The translations under genes were made by a program, and so were the position numbers. 64,000 bases of DNA, taken from assembly GCA_051874735.1 (NCBI GenBank), contig JBJEGD010000042.1, positions 1 to 64,000 on the forward strand. The letters are read 5' to 3'. The notes under the pieces were generated by a model, which did not search any database, was not told where the DNA came from, and saw only the letters and a list, made by a program, of their open reading frames with translations. This DNA comes from Candidatus Bruticola sp. GTDB taxonomy: Bacteria; Vulcanimicrobiota; Xenobia; Xenobiales; Xenobiaceae. This document shows positions 10,039 through 19,228 of this stretch, in pieces (the first letter of the stretch is position 1; every line of letters begins with the position of its first letter).

Positions 10039-11745
10039 ATGGCCACCGGTATCCAGACGGGCATGCGGACAGGTAGTGGTCCGTTAGCTACAGGAAGAGG
10101 TCCCCTGGGCAAACCGCCGGGTGGAGCCAACAACGGTAGTCCTTTGGGCAAGCTCGGCGCAATGTGGACGGGCATGAACCCGAAGGTGAGGATTGCGATC
10201 GTATGCGTTGTAGTTCTAATGGTAGTAGGAATGGTCGGGCTGAACGTTTACAGTTCTGCCAATCAACCAGTTGAACTTTACGCAACTAAACTCAGTGAAG
10301 ACGACGTAAAAGACGTCTCCATGAAACTGCAAGAGTGGAACATTCCCCACCAGGTAGCTCAAACTAACGATAACCTCTTGGTCTCACCTAAAGATAAAGT
10401 TAGGGCTCAGGCTCAATTGGCTTCCCACGGCCTTCCCCGTCACGCAGTAATGACAGCCGCCACGAAGCCTGATTCAAGCGGCATTAACACCATGTCCGAA
10501 AAAGAAAAGGACGACATTCGCAAACAAGTTCTCGAAGGAGAGCTTACCGAATCTATGCGGCAGATGGACGGAGTTGCCGACGCTTATGTAAAGCTCGGTC
10601 TTCCTGAGCGCACTTTGTTCGATAACGGACAAGAAGGCGCCAAGGCTGCAGTTATGCTTAAGCTTAAACCAGGAGCTCAGCTTAGCCGCGATCAAATCAC
10701 CGGTATCGTAAACTTAGTGGCCTATTCTGTGCCAGATTTAAAAGCAGAAAATGTAAAAATTGTTGACACAAACGGCCGCGACCTCACTGCAAACCTTCCT
10801 ATTAACGGAAATAATTTTGGAATGGCCCCCAGCAGTCAGCTCGAGTATAAGCTGGCTTTGGAGAAGCACCTTAAAGACAAGGTTGAGCAGCAGTTGGCTA
10901 CCGTTCTCGGAGCTCAAAAGTTTGCTGCTCAGGTAACAGCTGAAGTCGATTTCTCTCAGAACGAAGTTCAGCGTGAAGTTGTCGGCGGTCCCGATGACAG
11001 CGGCAAGGTGAAAGTCGGCGGTCAAAAGCGTGTAGAGCAATATAATAAAGACGGCAACAGTTCCTCGTCTAGCAATGATGACGACGGTGCTGTGCAGATG
11101 GACACAAGCAGTACTGAGAAGAAAAAAGGCACGTACGTAAAGACTGAAGAGTCTGAAAAGTATGAAGTTAACAAGACTATATCTAAAAACGTCGATACTT
11201 CTCCTCGTATTCAGCGCTTAACTGTATCCGTTGCTGTGGATAACTTGAAACCGGATCAGGAAGCAGCTATTGCTGGTTTAGTGAAAGATGCCATTGGTAT
11301 CAATGAAAGCCGCGGTGATTCTGTTACTGTAAAGAGCGTTCCTTTTGCTACGGCTACTCTTGACGGCGTTTACAGCGAAATGGCCGCAGGAATGGCCTCT
11401 GGCAACACCCCAGTAGCTCCTCCCAGCAGTGGTATCAGCACTTCTACTTTGGCAGCTATCGCCTTCATACCAGCAGTTCTGCTTATGGCTTTAGTAGCCG
11501 TCTACGTTTCTCGACAGCGTCAAGTTAAAGCTAGTCAGTCACAACTTATACTGGGTGCTTCCACTGGTAGCGCTAGCTCTGATATAGCCGATCTGCTCAA
11601 CGAGAAATCGGGCAAATCGAAAGCTATGGGTGAAACTAGAGTCAACTCTTCTGACCAGTTAGAACGTCTTGCCAAAGAGCGTCCCAATAAGTTGGCTGAA
11701 ATGATCAAAAATACTTGGCTCAGCGATCAGCAGCAGCAAAGATAG
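10039..11745 (+). CDS. fliF: Flagellar MS-ring protein FliF
   Basis: TM1, LEGELTESMRQMDGVADAYVKLGLPERTLF, AAVMLKL, IVNLVAYSVPDLKAENVKIVD, AQVTAEVDFSQ, IQRLTVSVAVD, TM2, C-terminal LAEMIKNTWL. Confidence 0.96.
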   Translation: MATGIQTGMRTGSGPLATGRGPLGKPPGGANNGSPLGKLGAMWTGMNPKVRIAIVCVVVLMVVGMVGLNVYSSANQPVELYATKLSEDDVKDVSMKLQEWNIPHQVAQTNDNLLVSPKDKVRAQAQLASHGLPRHAVMTAATKPDSSGINTMSEKEKDDIRKQVLEGELTESMRQMDGVADAYVKLGLPERTLFDNGQEGAKAAVMLKLKPGAQLSRDQITGIVNLVAYSVPDLKAENVKIVDTNGRDLTANLPINGNNFGMAPSSQLEYKLALEKHLKDKVEQQLATVLGAQKFAAQVTAEVDFSQNEVQREVVGGPDDSGKVKVGGQKRVEQYNKDGNSSSSSNDDDGAVQMDTSSTEKKKGTYVKTEESEKYEVNKTISKNVDTSPRIQRLTVSVAVDNLKPDQEAAIAGLVKDAIGINESRGDSVTVKSVPFATATLDGVYSEMAAGMASGNTPVAPPSSGISTSTLAAIAFIPAVLLMALVAVYVSRQRQVKASQSQLILGASTGSASSDIADLLNEKSGKSKAMGETRVNSSDQLERLAKERPNKLAEMIKNTWLSDQQQQR

Positions 11746-11784
11746 CCAAAATAGTAGGGCACCCCAAGGTGCAAAGTGTAAGGG

Positions 11785-11823
11785 TGCGCCTCGGGGCTTA
11801 GCTAAGCCCCGGGGCGCATTTTT
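11785..11823 (+). terminator. Intrinsic terminator between fliF and fliG
   Basis: TGCGCCTCGGGGCTT-AGCT-AAGCCCCGGGGCGCA followed by TTTTT. Confidence 0.75.
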
Positions 11824-11978
11824 CTATTCCTGTTCATTTTCTAACAGCATATAAACTGCTTAATTCAGTGCTTAGCAAGATATAAGCGCTAGTAGTCGAA
11901 CAACGCCCCCGTATTTTTTCTGTTGCACAGCTGCAGCAGACGAATTATTTTACGATTTATGCTGAGGAGGTGCGGTTA

Positions 11979-12974
11979 ATGTCTGTAAACTTACCCCCTA
12001 AACAAAAGACAGCAATACTATTGATGTCTCTTCCGCCTGAGGCTTCAGCGGAAATTTTTAAAGAGCTTGGTCCTGAAGAAGTTCAAGCTATTACAACTGA
12101 AATTTCTAAGTTGCCTCAAATTTCACCCGAAACACGAGCTCAGGTTATCCAAGAGTTCTTAAATCAGGATGGCGGCGATGCTCCTCGTCCTTTTGCCGGT
12201 TTAGGACAGCTAGGTCATCCTATGGGTGGTCCAGGTAGTTTAGGAGGCCCTCCTCCGATGAGCAGCTTTACACAAACAGCTGCGATGTCCACTTCTTCAA
12301 GCAATAGGCCTCTCGATTTTTTACGACGTGTAGATCCTCGCCAGCTTCTTCAGCTCATACGCAAAGAGCATCCTCAAACCATTGCAGTTATACTTTCTTA
12401 TCTGCAGCCTAGCCAAGCCTCAGCCGTTCTAAGCGACTTGCAACTTCCCACCCAAACAGAAGTAGCCAAACGTTTGGCAGAGCTTCATCCTGTAAATGCC
12501 GAAATCCTTACAGAATTAGAAAAAGTACTTGAATCACGTCTACACCAGGCTTTAGAAGAGGGGTCTTACTCTAATACAGACGGCAAGGAAGCTTTACTGG
12601 AGATACTTAGTCAAGCAGATCGAGGTACTGAAGAAAGAGTTCTCAGCGGCTTAGCCACTAGAAGTCCCCAACTAGTTACCAACTTAAAAACGAAGTTATG
12701 CGACTTCGAAGATCTAAACAATGTTGACGACCCTTCACTTGAACAGGTATTGCGCCTGACCGACTTCCGCGATCTCGTTTTAGCCCTAAAAGGTGCCGAT
12801 GAGAATTTATCTAAGAGAGTATATCGCTTCTTATCTCCTGATGTAGCCCAAGCTTTAAGAGATGACATCGCAAGCCTAGTTCAAGTTTCCTGGGATGAAA
12901 TAAAGCAAGCTCAACAACGCATCCGCAATATTTTGCGCGGATTGGTGACTTTAGGAAAGATTAAATTCAGATAA
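11979..12974 (+). CDS. fliG: Flagellar C-ring protein FliG (torque residues degenerate)
   Basis: QKTAILLMSL, EHPQTIAVILSYL, FEDL, LVLALKGA. ATG at 11979 follows SD GAGGAGGT; the track's GTG start lies inside that SD. Confidence 0.95.
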   Translation: MSVNLPPKQKTAILLMSLPPEASAEIFKELGPEEVQAITTEISKLPQISPETRAQVIQEFLNQDGGDAPRPFAGLGQLGHPMGGPGSLGGPPPMSSFTQTAAMSTSSSNRPLDFLRRVDPRQLLQLIRKEHPQTIAVILSYLQPSQASAVLSDLQLPTQTEVAKRLAELHPVNAEILTELEKVLESRLHQALEEGSYSNTDGKEALLEILSQADRGTEERVLSGLATRSPQLVTNLKTKLCDFEDLNNVDDPSLEQVLRLTDFRDLVLALKGADENLSKRVYRFLSPDVAQALRDDIASLVQVSWDEIKQAQQRIRNILRGLVTLGKIKFR

Positions 12975-12998
12975 ATATCTAAATTCTAAGCAAAGTAG

Positions 12999-14093
12999 GT
13001 GAGCACACTGGCTCTTTTTAAGGGAAATAATAACGGTCTGTCAGGTTCTGACAGTTCACCCAAACGTTCCGCTCTGTTGAAACAACGCCCTGCGGCCTTT
13101 CCCTCAGGCGCCCCCGGCGACGAACTTAGCGATTTCGTGCCTACAAATTTGGGGGCAACTAAAGTGTCTTCAGATGGAGGGCGCATATTCAGAGGGCGCA
13201 GCGCTGTTCCTGAAGCCCCACCTAAGACCAGCGGGGACGGTGTTTTTCGTCCTCAGACCGGACGTCCTCCAGCAGCTTCAACTTTAGGCAAAGTTTTCGG
13301 TAGCAGAAGAACGGAGAACTCCGATTACAAACTACCTCCCATCTCTTCTCAATCGGTAAGTGTGCCTACGGGCGATCCGCCGCCTCCAGGTGCCCCCCAG
13401 CCCCCTCCTCCGCCGCCGGTGGATAAAGAGATCATTGCTAAAGCTGAAGCTCAAGCCAGAGAGATGATTGCTCAGGCTCAAAACCAAATTCAGCAAATGA
13501 TCAACCAAGCTAACGAGCAAATCCAGCAGTTCAATGAACAGGCAGCAGCTGACGCGGAGCATGCCAGACAGGCGGCTTTTCAACAAGGTACTGCCCAAGG
13601 CATTGAAGAGGGCAGGCGCATGGCTCACCGCGAGTACGTCGATCTTATGCTTATGGCCCGCGATATTTACGTTCAGGCTATAAAAGAGCGACGCAAGCTT
13701 ATTGAAGACACTGAACCTGCTTTAGCTAAGTTATCCATCAGTATCGCTGAAAAGATCATAGGTTTAGAGGTCAGCACTAATAACGACGTCATTATGGGCG
13801 TTGTTAAAGAAGCTCTGGGCGATATGAAAGATCGCGAAGAAGTTAGAATCCGTGTCAATCCCGACGACTATCACATAGTGAACAACGATCGTTCGTCGCT
13901 CATGCGCATGGTCGAAGGATTAAAAGATTTTGATCTGGCCATCGATTCGAAAGTTACCCGTGGTGGCTGCGTTATCGAAACAAACTTAGGCAACATAGAT
14001 GCTCGTTTAGAAACACAGCTTGGTGCCATTACAACGGCTTTTGACAGAAGCGGCAAAGGAGAGGACATAGACGATGGCGCAAATGCCAGCTAA
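12999..14093 (+). CDS. fliH: Export ATPase regulator FliH with long Pro-rich N-terminal extension
   Basis: AxxxGxxxGxxxG (AFQQGTAQGIEEG), IAEKIIG, VRIRVNPDD, GGCVIETNLGNIDARLETQL. Confidence 0.93.
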   Translation: MSTLALFKGNNNGLSGSDSSPKRSALLKQRPAAFPSGAPGDELSDFVPTNLGATKVSSDGGRIFRGRSAVPEAPPKTSGDGVFRPQTGRPPAASTLGKVFGSRRTENSDYKLPPISSQSVSVPTGDPPPPGAPQPPPPPPVDKEIIAKAEAQAREMIAQAQNQIQQMINQANEQIQQFNEQAAADAEHARQAAFQQGTAQGIEEGRRMAHREYVDLMLMARDIYVQAIKERRKLIEDTEPALAKLSISIAEKIIGLEVSTNNDVIMGVVKEALGDMKDREEVRIRVNPDDYHIVNNDRSSLMRMVEGLKDFDLAIDSKVTRGGCVIETNLGNIDARLETQLGAITTAFDRSGKGEDIDDGANAS

Positions 14094-15657
14094 AACAGCT
14101 TCCAGAGCAACGGCAGCTCGTCCGGCTTCAGTTCCTAAAACGAACTTCACTGCTCCGCGCCAAGGAGACGGGAAAATAGCATCGGCTCCGATGGCTCCTA
14201 CAACTCCGACACCTCCGCCCTCCCCTACGCCAGCTCCACCGCCTCCCTCTCCCACTGTTCCTCAGCCGACAGATAATGACGATTTATCAGCCAAAGAACA
14301 GGCTCTAGCTCAGCCTCTTCCCCCTGCAGATCCTCTGCCCAAAATTACTTTTCCGGCTTACTACTTATCGCTGAGCCGCTGCCAGCCAATCCGTATGCAC
14401 GGAAGAGTTAGCCAAGTTATAGGCTTAACGATCGAATCGGAAGGGCCAGCCGTTAAGATGGGCGAGCTTTGCTACATTTATGAACGAGAGGGCTCCAAAC
14501 CTATTCGCTCTGAAGTCGTGGGCTTCAAAGGCAGCAAAGTTATGCTCATGCCCTTGGGTGAATTGGGTGGCATAAGTCCCGGATGTGAAGTCCGTGCTAC
14601 TGGCAAGCCTCTGTCTGTAAAAGTTGGTCCGAAACTTTTAGGGCGTGTCCTTGATGGTCTAGGTAATCCCATCGATGGTCTGGGACCGTTAGAATACGAA
14701 ACCGAATATTCAATTTACAACGAACCGCCTAACCCTATTACACGTCCGCGTATTAAAAGGGCTTTGCCGATGGGGGTTCGCGTACTCGATTCAACGTTAA
14801 CTTTGGGCGCTGGACAGCGTGTCGGTATCTTTGCCGGTTCCGGTGTAGGTAAATCAACAACTCTCTCTATGATTGCCAGAAATACGGCTGCTCAAGTAAA
14901 TGTTTTAGCTCTAATCGGAGAACGCGGGCGTGAGCTGCGCGACTTTATTGAGCGCGACTTAGGTCCTGAAGGCATGAAACGTTCCGTAGTAGTGGTAGCT
15001 ACTTCTGACCAACCAGCTTTGGTACGTCTTAAAGGAGCTTACACAGGCACAGCTTTAGCAGAGTACTTCCGCGATCAAGGCAATGACGTCATGCTCATGA
15101 TGGACTCTGTAACACGTTTTGCTATGGCTCAACGTGAGGTAGGTTTGGCCGTAGGCGAACCGCCGGCAACAAAAGGATACACGCCTTCCTGCTTTGCCTT
15201 GCTTCCTAAACTTATGGAACGTGCCGGTACCTCTCCTAAAGGTTCAATCACAGGCATATATACCGTACTGGTAGAAGGTGACGACATGAACGAGCCTATA
15301 GCTGACACCGTGCGAGGTATTCTCGACGGTCACATAGTGCTCAACCGTAAAATCGCCCACAAGAACCGTTACCCTGCCGTCGATGTCTTGCAGTCAGTAT
15401 CCCGTCTGTTTACAGAAATTAATCCCAAAGATATTCAAAAAGCAGCCGGCGTACTAAGAAATGTTCTAGCCGTTTACCAAGAGAACGAAGACCTGATCAA
15501 TATTGGCGCTTATCAAAAAGGTTCAAACCCCAAAGTCGACTTCGCTATAGACAAAATCGATGAAGTTCAAAAATTCCTTTCTCAAGGAATTTACGAACCG
15601 GCCCCCTTCGAAGAAACGCGCCGCCGTTTATTAGAAATGTTTGGAGAGCAGAAGTAA
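14074..15657 (+). CDS. fliI: Type III export ATPase FliI with Pro-rich N-terminal extension
   Basis: Walker A GIFAGSGVGKST, ALIGERGRE, MMDSVTRFAMAQRE, GEPPATKGY, ILDGHIVL, YPAVDVLQSVSR. Confidence 0.98.
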   Translation: MAQMPAKTASRATAARPASVPKTNFTAPRQGDGKIASAPMAPTTPTPPPSPTPAPPPPSPTVPQPTDNDDLSAKEQALAQPLPPADPLPKITFPAYYLSLSRCQPIRMHGRVSQVIGLTIESEGPAVKMGELCYIYEREGSKPIRSEVVGFKGSKVMLMPLGELGGISPGCEVRATGKPLSVKVGPKLLGRVLDGLGNPIDGLGPLEYETEYSIYNEPPNPITRPRIKRALPMGVRVLDSTLTLGAGQRVGIFAGSGVGKSTTLSMIARNTAAQVNVLALIGERGRELRDFIERDLGPEGMKRSVVVVATSDQPALVRLKGAYTGTALAEYFRDQGNDVMLMMDSVTRFAMAQREVGLAVGEPPATKGYTPSCFALLPKLMERAGTSPKGSITGIYTVLVEGDDMNEPIADTVRGILDGHIVLNRKIAHKNRYPAVDVLQSVSRLFTEINPKDIQKAAGVLRNVLAVYQENEDLINIGAYQKGSNPKVDFAIDKIDEVQKFLSQGIYEPAPFEETRRRLLEMFGEQK

Positions 15658-15660
15658 ATT

Positions 15661-16122
15661 ATGGGGCAGAAACGTTTCCGCTATCGTTTACAGCAAATTC
15701 TTGAATTAAAAATTCAAGCTGAAGAAGATGAAAAAGAAAAGCTGGCAAAACTTATTCAACAGCAGGAGAATGAGCGTCAAATTAAAGCTCAGCTCGAAAA
15801 AAAGCTCGTATCCATCAGAGAAGAGTTAAAAGTCAGACAAGCTAATGGCACCCTTGATATCAATCAGCTTAGGTTTTTTCCTCAGCATATTGAGTTCGTT
15901 AAAGGGCAAATTGTAAACCAAGAGCTCAGGCTTAAAGAGCTGACTATTCGTATCGCCCAACAGCGCGATAATCTTATGAAAGCAGCTCAAGAGAGACAGA
16001 GTTACGAAAAAAACAAAGAAAAAAGTCAGGAAAAATGGATGGCCGAAATTGAGCAAGAGGAGAACAAAATGCTAGACGAACTGGCGACTCTCAAATACGC
16101 CCGCGATCCATCCTCTATTTAA
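15661..16122 (+). CDS. fliJ: Export stalk protein FliJ
   Basis: KRFRYRLQQILELK...EEDEK; coiled coil; C-terminal EQEENKMLDELA; follows fliI. Confidence 0.92.
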   Translation: MGQKRFRYRLQQILELKIQAEEDEKEKLAKLIQQQENERQIKAQLEKKLVSIREELKVRQANGTLDINQLRFFPQHIEFVKGQIVNQELRLKELTIRIAQQRDNLMKAAQERQSYEKNKEKSQEKWMAEIEQEENKMLDELATLKYARDPSSI

Positions 16123-16293
16123 CATTATAACTTTTTACATCCGCAAAATATGCGGCCATGTATCTCTGGGAAAACAGCTAAACTTCTACTATAATAAAGA
16201 AAAAGAAGCTTGGCTCCCTGCTGAATATTCTCTGTCTTAACAGAGGCTATGTATAAGCAGCAAGCATAGCAGCGACAAAAGGAGGCTAATGAA

Positions 16294-16917
16294 ATGTCAA
16301 TATTCGCAAGAATAGATCAAATTGAGCGGCAGATGACCTCACTGGAGAACGCTCTGGATACTAAAATGAGTTCCAAATCCAGCGCAGGAAGTCTCAATAC
16401 TCCGCAGGATGCGGCATCATTCCAAAGCATGATTAATAGCATGACCAGTGGTCAGCGTTTCGATCCCGCTGCCGCTGCCATCAATTCCTCAAGCATAACC
16501 GGCAGCAATAGCTCTGGCGATTCTGCTCAGTTTGACAGCATTATCAAAGAAGCTTCCGAGAAGTACAATGTCGATCCCGCTCTTATTAAGGCCGTCATTC
16601 GTCAGGAATCAGCTTTTAATCCCCAGGCCACTTCAGTCTGCGGTGCTCAGGGATTAATGCAACTTATGCCTGAGACGGCCAGCGACTTAGGTGTGAAGAA
16701 CGCCTACGATCCCAAAGAGAATATCATGGGCGGAGCTAAGTATCTTGGCCAGCTTCTGGATATGTTTAACGGCGATATGACTAAAACTATCGCTGCCTAC
16801 AATGCTGGTCCAGGTTCTGTACAGCAGTACGGAGGCGTTCCTCCTTATCAAGAAACCCAAAATTACGTAGACAAAGTTCTGGGCTATTACCAGGAGAACA
16901 AGGGCATCAGCGCTTAG
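16294..16917 (+). CDS. Lytic transglycosylase (SLT family)
   Basis: LIKAVIRQESAFNPQATS, GAQGLMQLMP, ENIMGGAKYL, AAYNAGPG, ETQNYV. Confidence 0.95.
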   Translation: MSIFARIDQIERQMTSLENALDTKMSSKSSAGSLNTPQDAASFQSMINSMTSGQRFDPAAAAINSSSITGSNSSGDSAQFDSIIKEASEKYNVDPALIKAVIRQESAFNPQATSVCGAQGLMQLMPETASDLGVKNAYDPKENIMGGAKYLGQLLDMFNGDMTKTIAAYNAGPGSVQQYGGVPPYQETQNYVDKVLGYYQENKGISA

Positions 16918-16970
16918 CCGTCCTTTCCAAGTCTGCCACCTTTTCCAAATAGAAAAAGTAAGGAGCCGTT

Positions 16971-17921
16971 ATGGAAAATCAACTTTTTATATCTATGCTC
17001 GGATCTTCATCCATACAGCAGAACCGCGACAGCAAAAGCGAAAAAACTGAAACAAATTCCAGTGCTTTTAACAGTTGCTTAGAGGCTGCAACTTCTGATA
17101 AGGCCGGCACTGAAAATGACGTCATCGCTAAAAAAGAGACTCGTAAGGAAGCTGCCGAGCGTCAAAGGGCAGAAAAAGCCGAAGCTCAGGCTCAAGCTAA
17201 AGCTGAGCAGGCTAAGCTAACTCAAAATCCGCAGTCTATGGGCAGCAAAGCTTTCCTATACGACATGATGTACCGCAACCCGGATACTTTAAGTATGGCG
17301 GAAAAACAGGCGATGAAGCTCGATGAAGCTTCTAAGAATCTTAAAATGCAGACCATGCAACCTAAAGAGAACGCTGAAACCGCCAAAGGAACTAATGCCC
17401 AAACGGCCAACAGCGGCAAAGAAGCTACAGCTCTGAGTGCTCAAAAATTTGATGAACTTTTAGGCAAATCAACTAAAGCAAAAGAAGATGGCAAACAGCT
17501 TACTACTGAAGCTAGCCAGGCCGCTTCCAGCGCAACTAAAAGCGATAAGGCAGAAAAAGCTGAAGCTAATACTACCGCTCTTAACAATGCCGATAAAGCA
17601 GAAGAGACCAGCAAAACCCAGAGACTCACTCAAACTCAAAAGCGTCAACAGGTTATCAACCAGATTGTTACTCACATGGAGATCCGCAATTTCACCAGCC
17701 GTGATGAGCTCACTCTGCGCTTGAATCCAGAATATCTTGGCGAACTGAAAATTAAGATCAACCGTGGCAAAGATGGTGAATTGAGCGCCCAGTTCATTAC
17801 AGACTCAGAAGACACTCGTGAAGTTCTTCAAGATAGCCGCGCCGAACTGCGCGAGCATATCGAAAAGAAGGGCATGAACCTGCGCAGCATCGATATTGAA
17901 ATGGTCGATCATATAGCTTAA
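16971..17921 (+). CDS. fliK: Length-control / substrate-switch protein FliK
   Basis: Low-complexity A/K/E/T-rich N-terminus; C-terminal domain ELTLRLNPEYLGELKIKI...LSAQF...TREVLQDSRAELREHIEKKG. Confidence 0.9.
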   Translation: MENQLFISMLGSSSIQQNRDSKSEKTETNSSAFNSCLEAATSDKAGTENDVIAKKETRKEAAERQRAEKAEAQAQAKAEQAKLTQNPQSMGSKAFLYDMMYRNPDTLSMAEKQAMKLDEASKNLKMQTMQPKENAETAKGTNAQTANSGKEATALSAQKFDELLGKSTKAKEDGKQLTTEASQAASSATKSDKAEKAEANTTALNNADKAEETSKTQRLTQTQKRQQVINQIVTHMEIRNFTSRDELTLRLNPEYLGELKIKINRGKDGELSAQFITDSEDTREVLQDSRAELREHIEKKGMNLRSIDIEMVDHIA

Positions 17922-18095
17922 AGTTGGTTTCTAACCTGTTTGGGGCTTTATTGTTTACATTTTAGCAATAAACTGTTTAAGGCCCGACAATAAGCCATTG
18001 ATATTCTTACAGTGAGATGGAGAGGGCTTTTTCTCAGCAGGTCAAAACTTATGAGTGAAAGTGCCCAATGGGTTTAAGGAGGCAAAAAGTAGATC

Positions 18096-18914
18096 ATGTT
18101 TGATTTTAATAATTCAGCCAATGCCATTCAGCAGAACCAGACTATGCTGAACTCTTATTTCCAAAACTTGCAGAACCAGTTCACCCCCGGTTACAAAGCC
18201 GAGAGTGTGCAGTTCAATGACATTATGGGCCAGACTATGGGCGGCGGCGGTGCCAAAACCCAGTCTAATGGCATTATTTTTAGCCAGGGCCAGCTCTTCC
18301 AAACCGAATGTGCCACTAACCTCGCTATCGATGGCCAGGGCTTCTTCATGGTCAATGACGGCAATCAAACTCACTATACTCGTGATGGCCGCTTTGCTTT
18401 TAACAATGGTATGCTGACAAACAGCGAAGGCAAAAACGTCATGGGCTACAAATTAGACGCCCAGGGCAACATTTGCAGTGATCCTCAACCCATCGAACTG
18501 CACATGGATCCCAACACTAAGCTGTATGGCGGAAAATACACCGGTTATCACTTCGATGAAACTGGTAAGCTCTACGGTGAGCAGACCATTACCGATCCTA
18601 CTACTGGTCAGAGCGTTTCTGAGTCCGTGCCTATTGCCCAAGTATCCGTTGCCTCCTTCGCTAACGCTAGCGGTTTGAAGAAAACGGGAACTACCAGCTT
18701 CGGTAAGACTGACAGTTCTGGCGAAGCTGTAGTCGGCGTAGCCGGCCAGGGCGCCATGGGTCGCATCGCCGCTGGTAGCTTAGAGCTCGCCAATGTCGAC
18801 TACGCCCAGCAGGCTGCCGCAATAGGTATGGCCAAACAGAATTATGAAGCTAACTTTGCAGCTTTTAAAGCTATGGATGGTTTGATGGAATCTGCTATCG
18901 GTTTAGTCCGTTAG
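18096..18914 (+). CDS. Short divergent FlgE/FlgF/FlgG-family axial (hook/distal rod) protein
   Basis: TPGYK, FSQGQL, TNLAIDGQGFFMV, YTRDGRF, GKNVMGY, VASFANASGL, GSLELANVD, YEAN; occupies the flgE position. Confidence 0.88.
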   Translation: MFDFNNSANAIQQNQTMLNSYFQNLQNQFTPGYKAESVQFNDIMGQTMGGGGAKTQSNGIIFSQGQLFQTECATNLAIDGQGFFMVNDGNQTHYTRDGRFAFNNGMLTNSEGKNVMGYKLDAQGNICSDPQPIELHMDPNTKLYGGKYTGYHFDETGKLYGEQTITDPTTGQSVSESVPIAQVSVASFANASGLKKTGTTSFGKTDSSGEAVVGVAGQGAMGRIAAGSLELANVDYAQQAAAIGMAKQNYEANFAAFKAMDGLMESAIGLVR

Positions 18915-18948
18915 TTTTTCGTAATTTCCCATAAATACTTTATTTAAT

Positions 18949-18999
18949 AACACGACAAGGATCTATCTTACTATAGATAGTTTCTTGTCGTGTTTTTTT
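18949..18999 (+). terminator. Intrinsic terminator after the flgE-like gene
   Basis: AACACGACAAG...CTATCT/AGATAG...CTTGTCGTGTT followed by a T-run. Confidence 0.75.
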
Positions 19000-19228
19000 G
19001 TAAGGAATTCTATACTCAGCGTCGAAGACGAAGCAACCTTGAGGGGTATCGCTATTCTATTTTGTGTAAAGATACTCTATTTTAGAACTTGTGTTCCAAG
19101 TTCTATGTTGGTCAGAGAATTTGGAACTGTAGGAATACATGAAAAAACCAGCTTTTTAGTCTATACTCGCAGCTGGCCGCAACAAAGATAATAATTTAGA
19201 CCGGCTATGCTGCTTTGGGAGGAATCGA

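Noticed and set aside
17961-17995. Sigma28 promoter (TAAA...CCCGACAA) upstream of the flgE-like gene
   Set aside because: Spacing does not fit TAAA-N15-GCCGATAA and the sequence is part of an inverted repeat
18985-19191. 68-aa ORF as a remnant of motA/motB/fliL
   Set aside because: Starts inside the terminator, has no SD and shows no MotA/MotB/FliL motif
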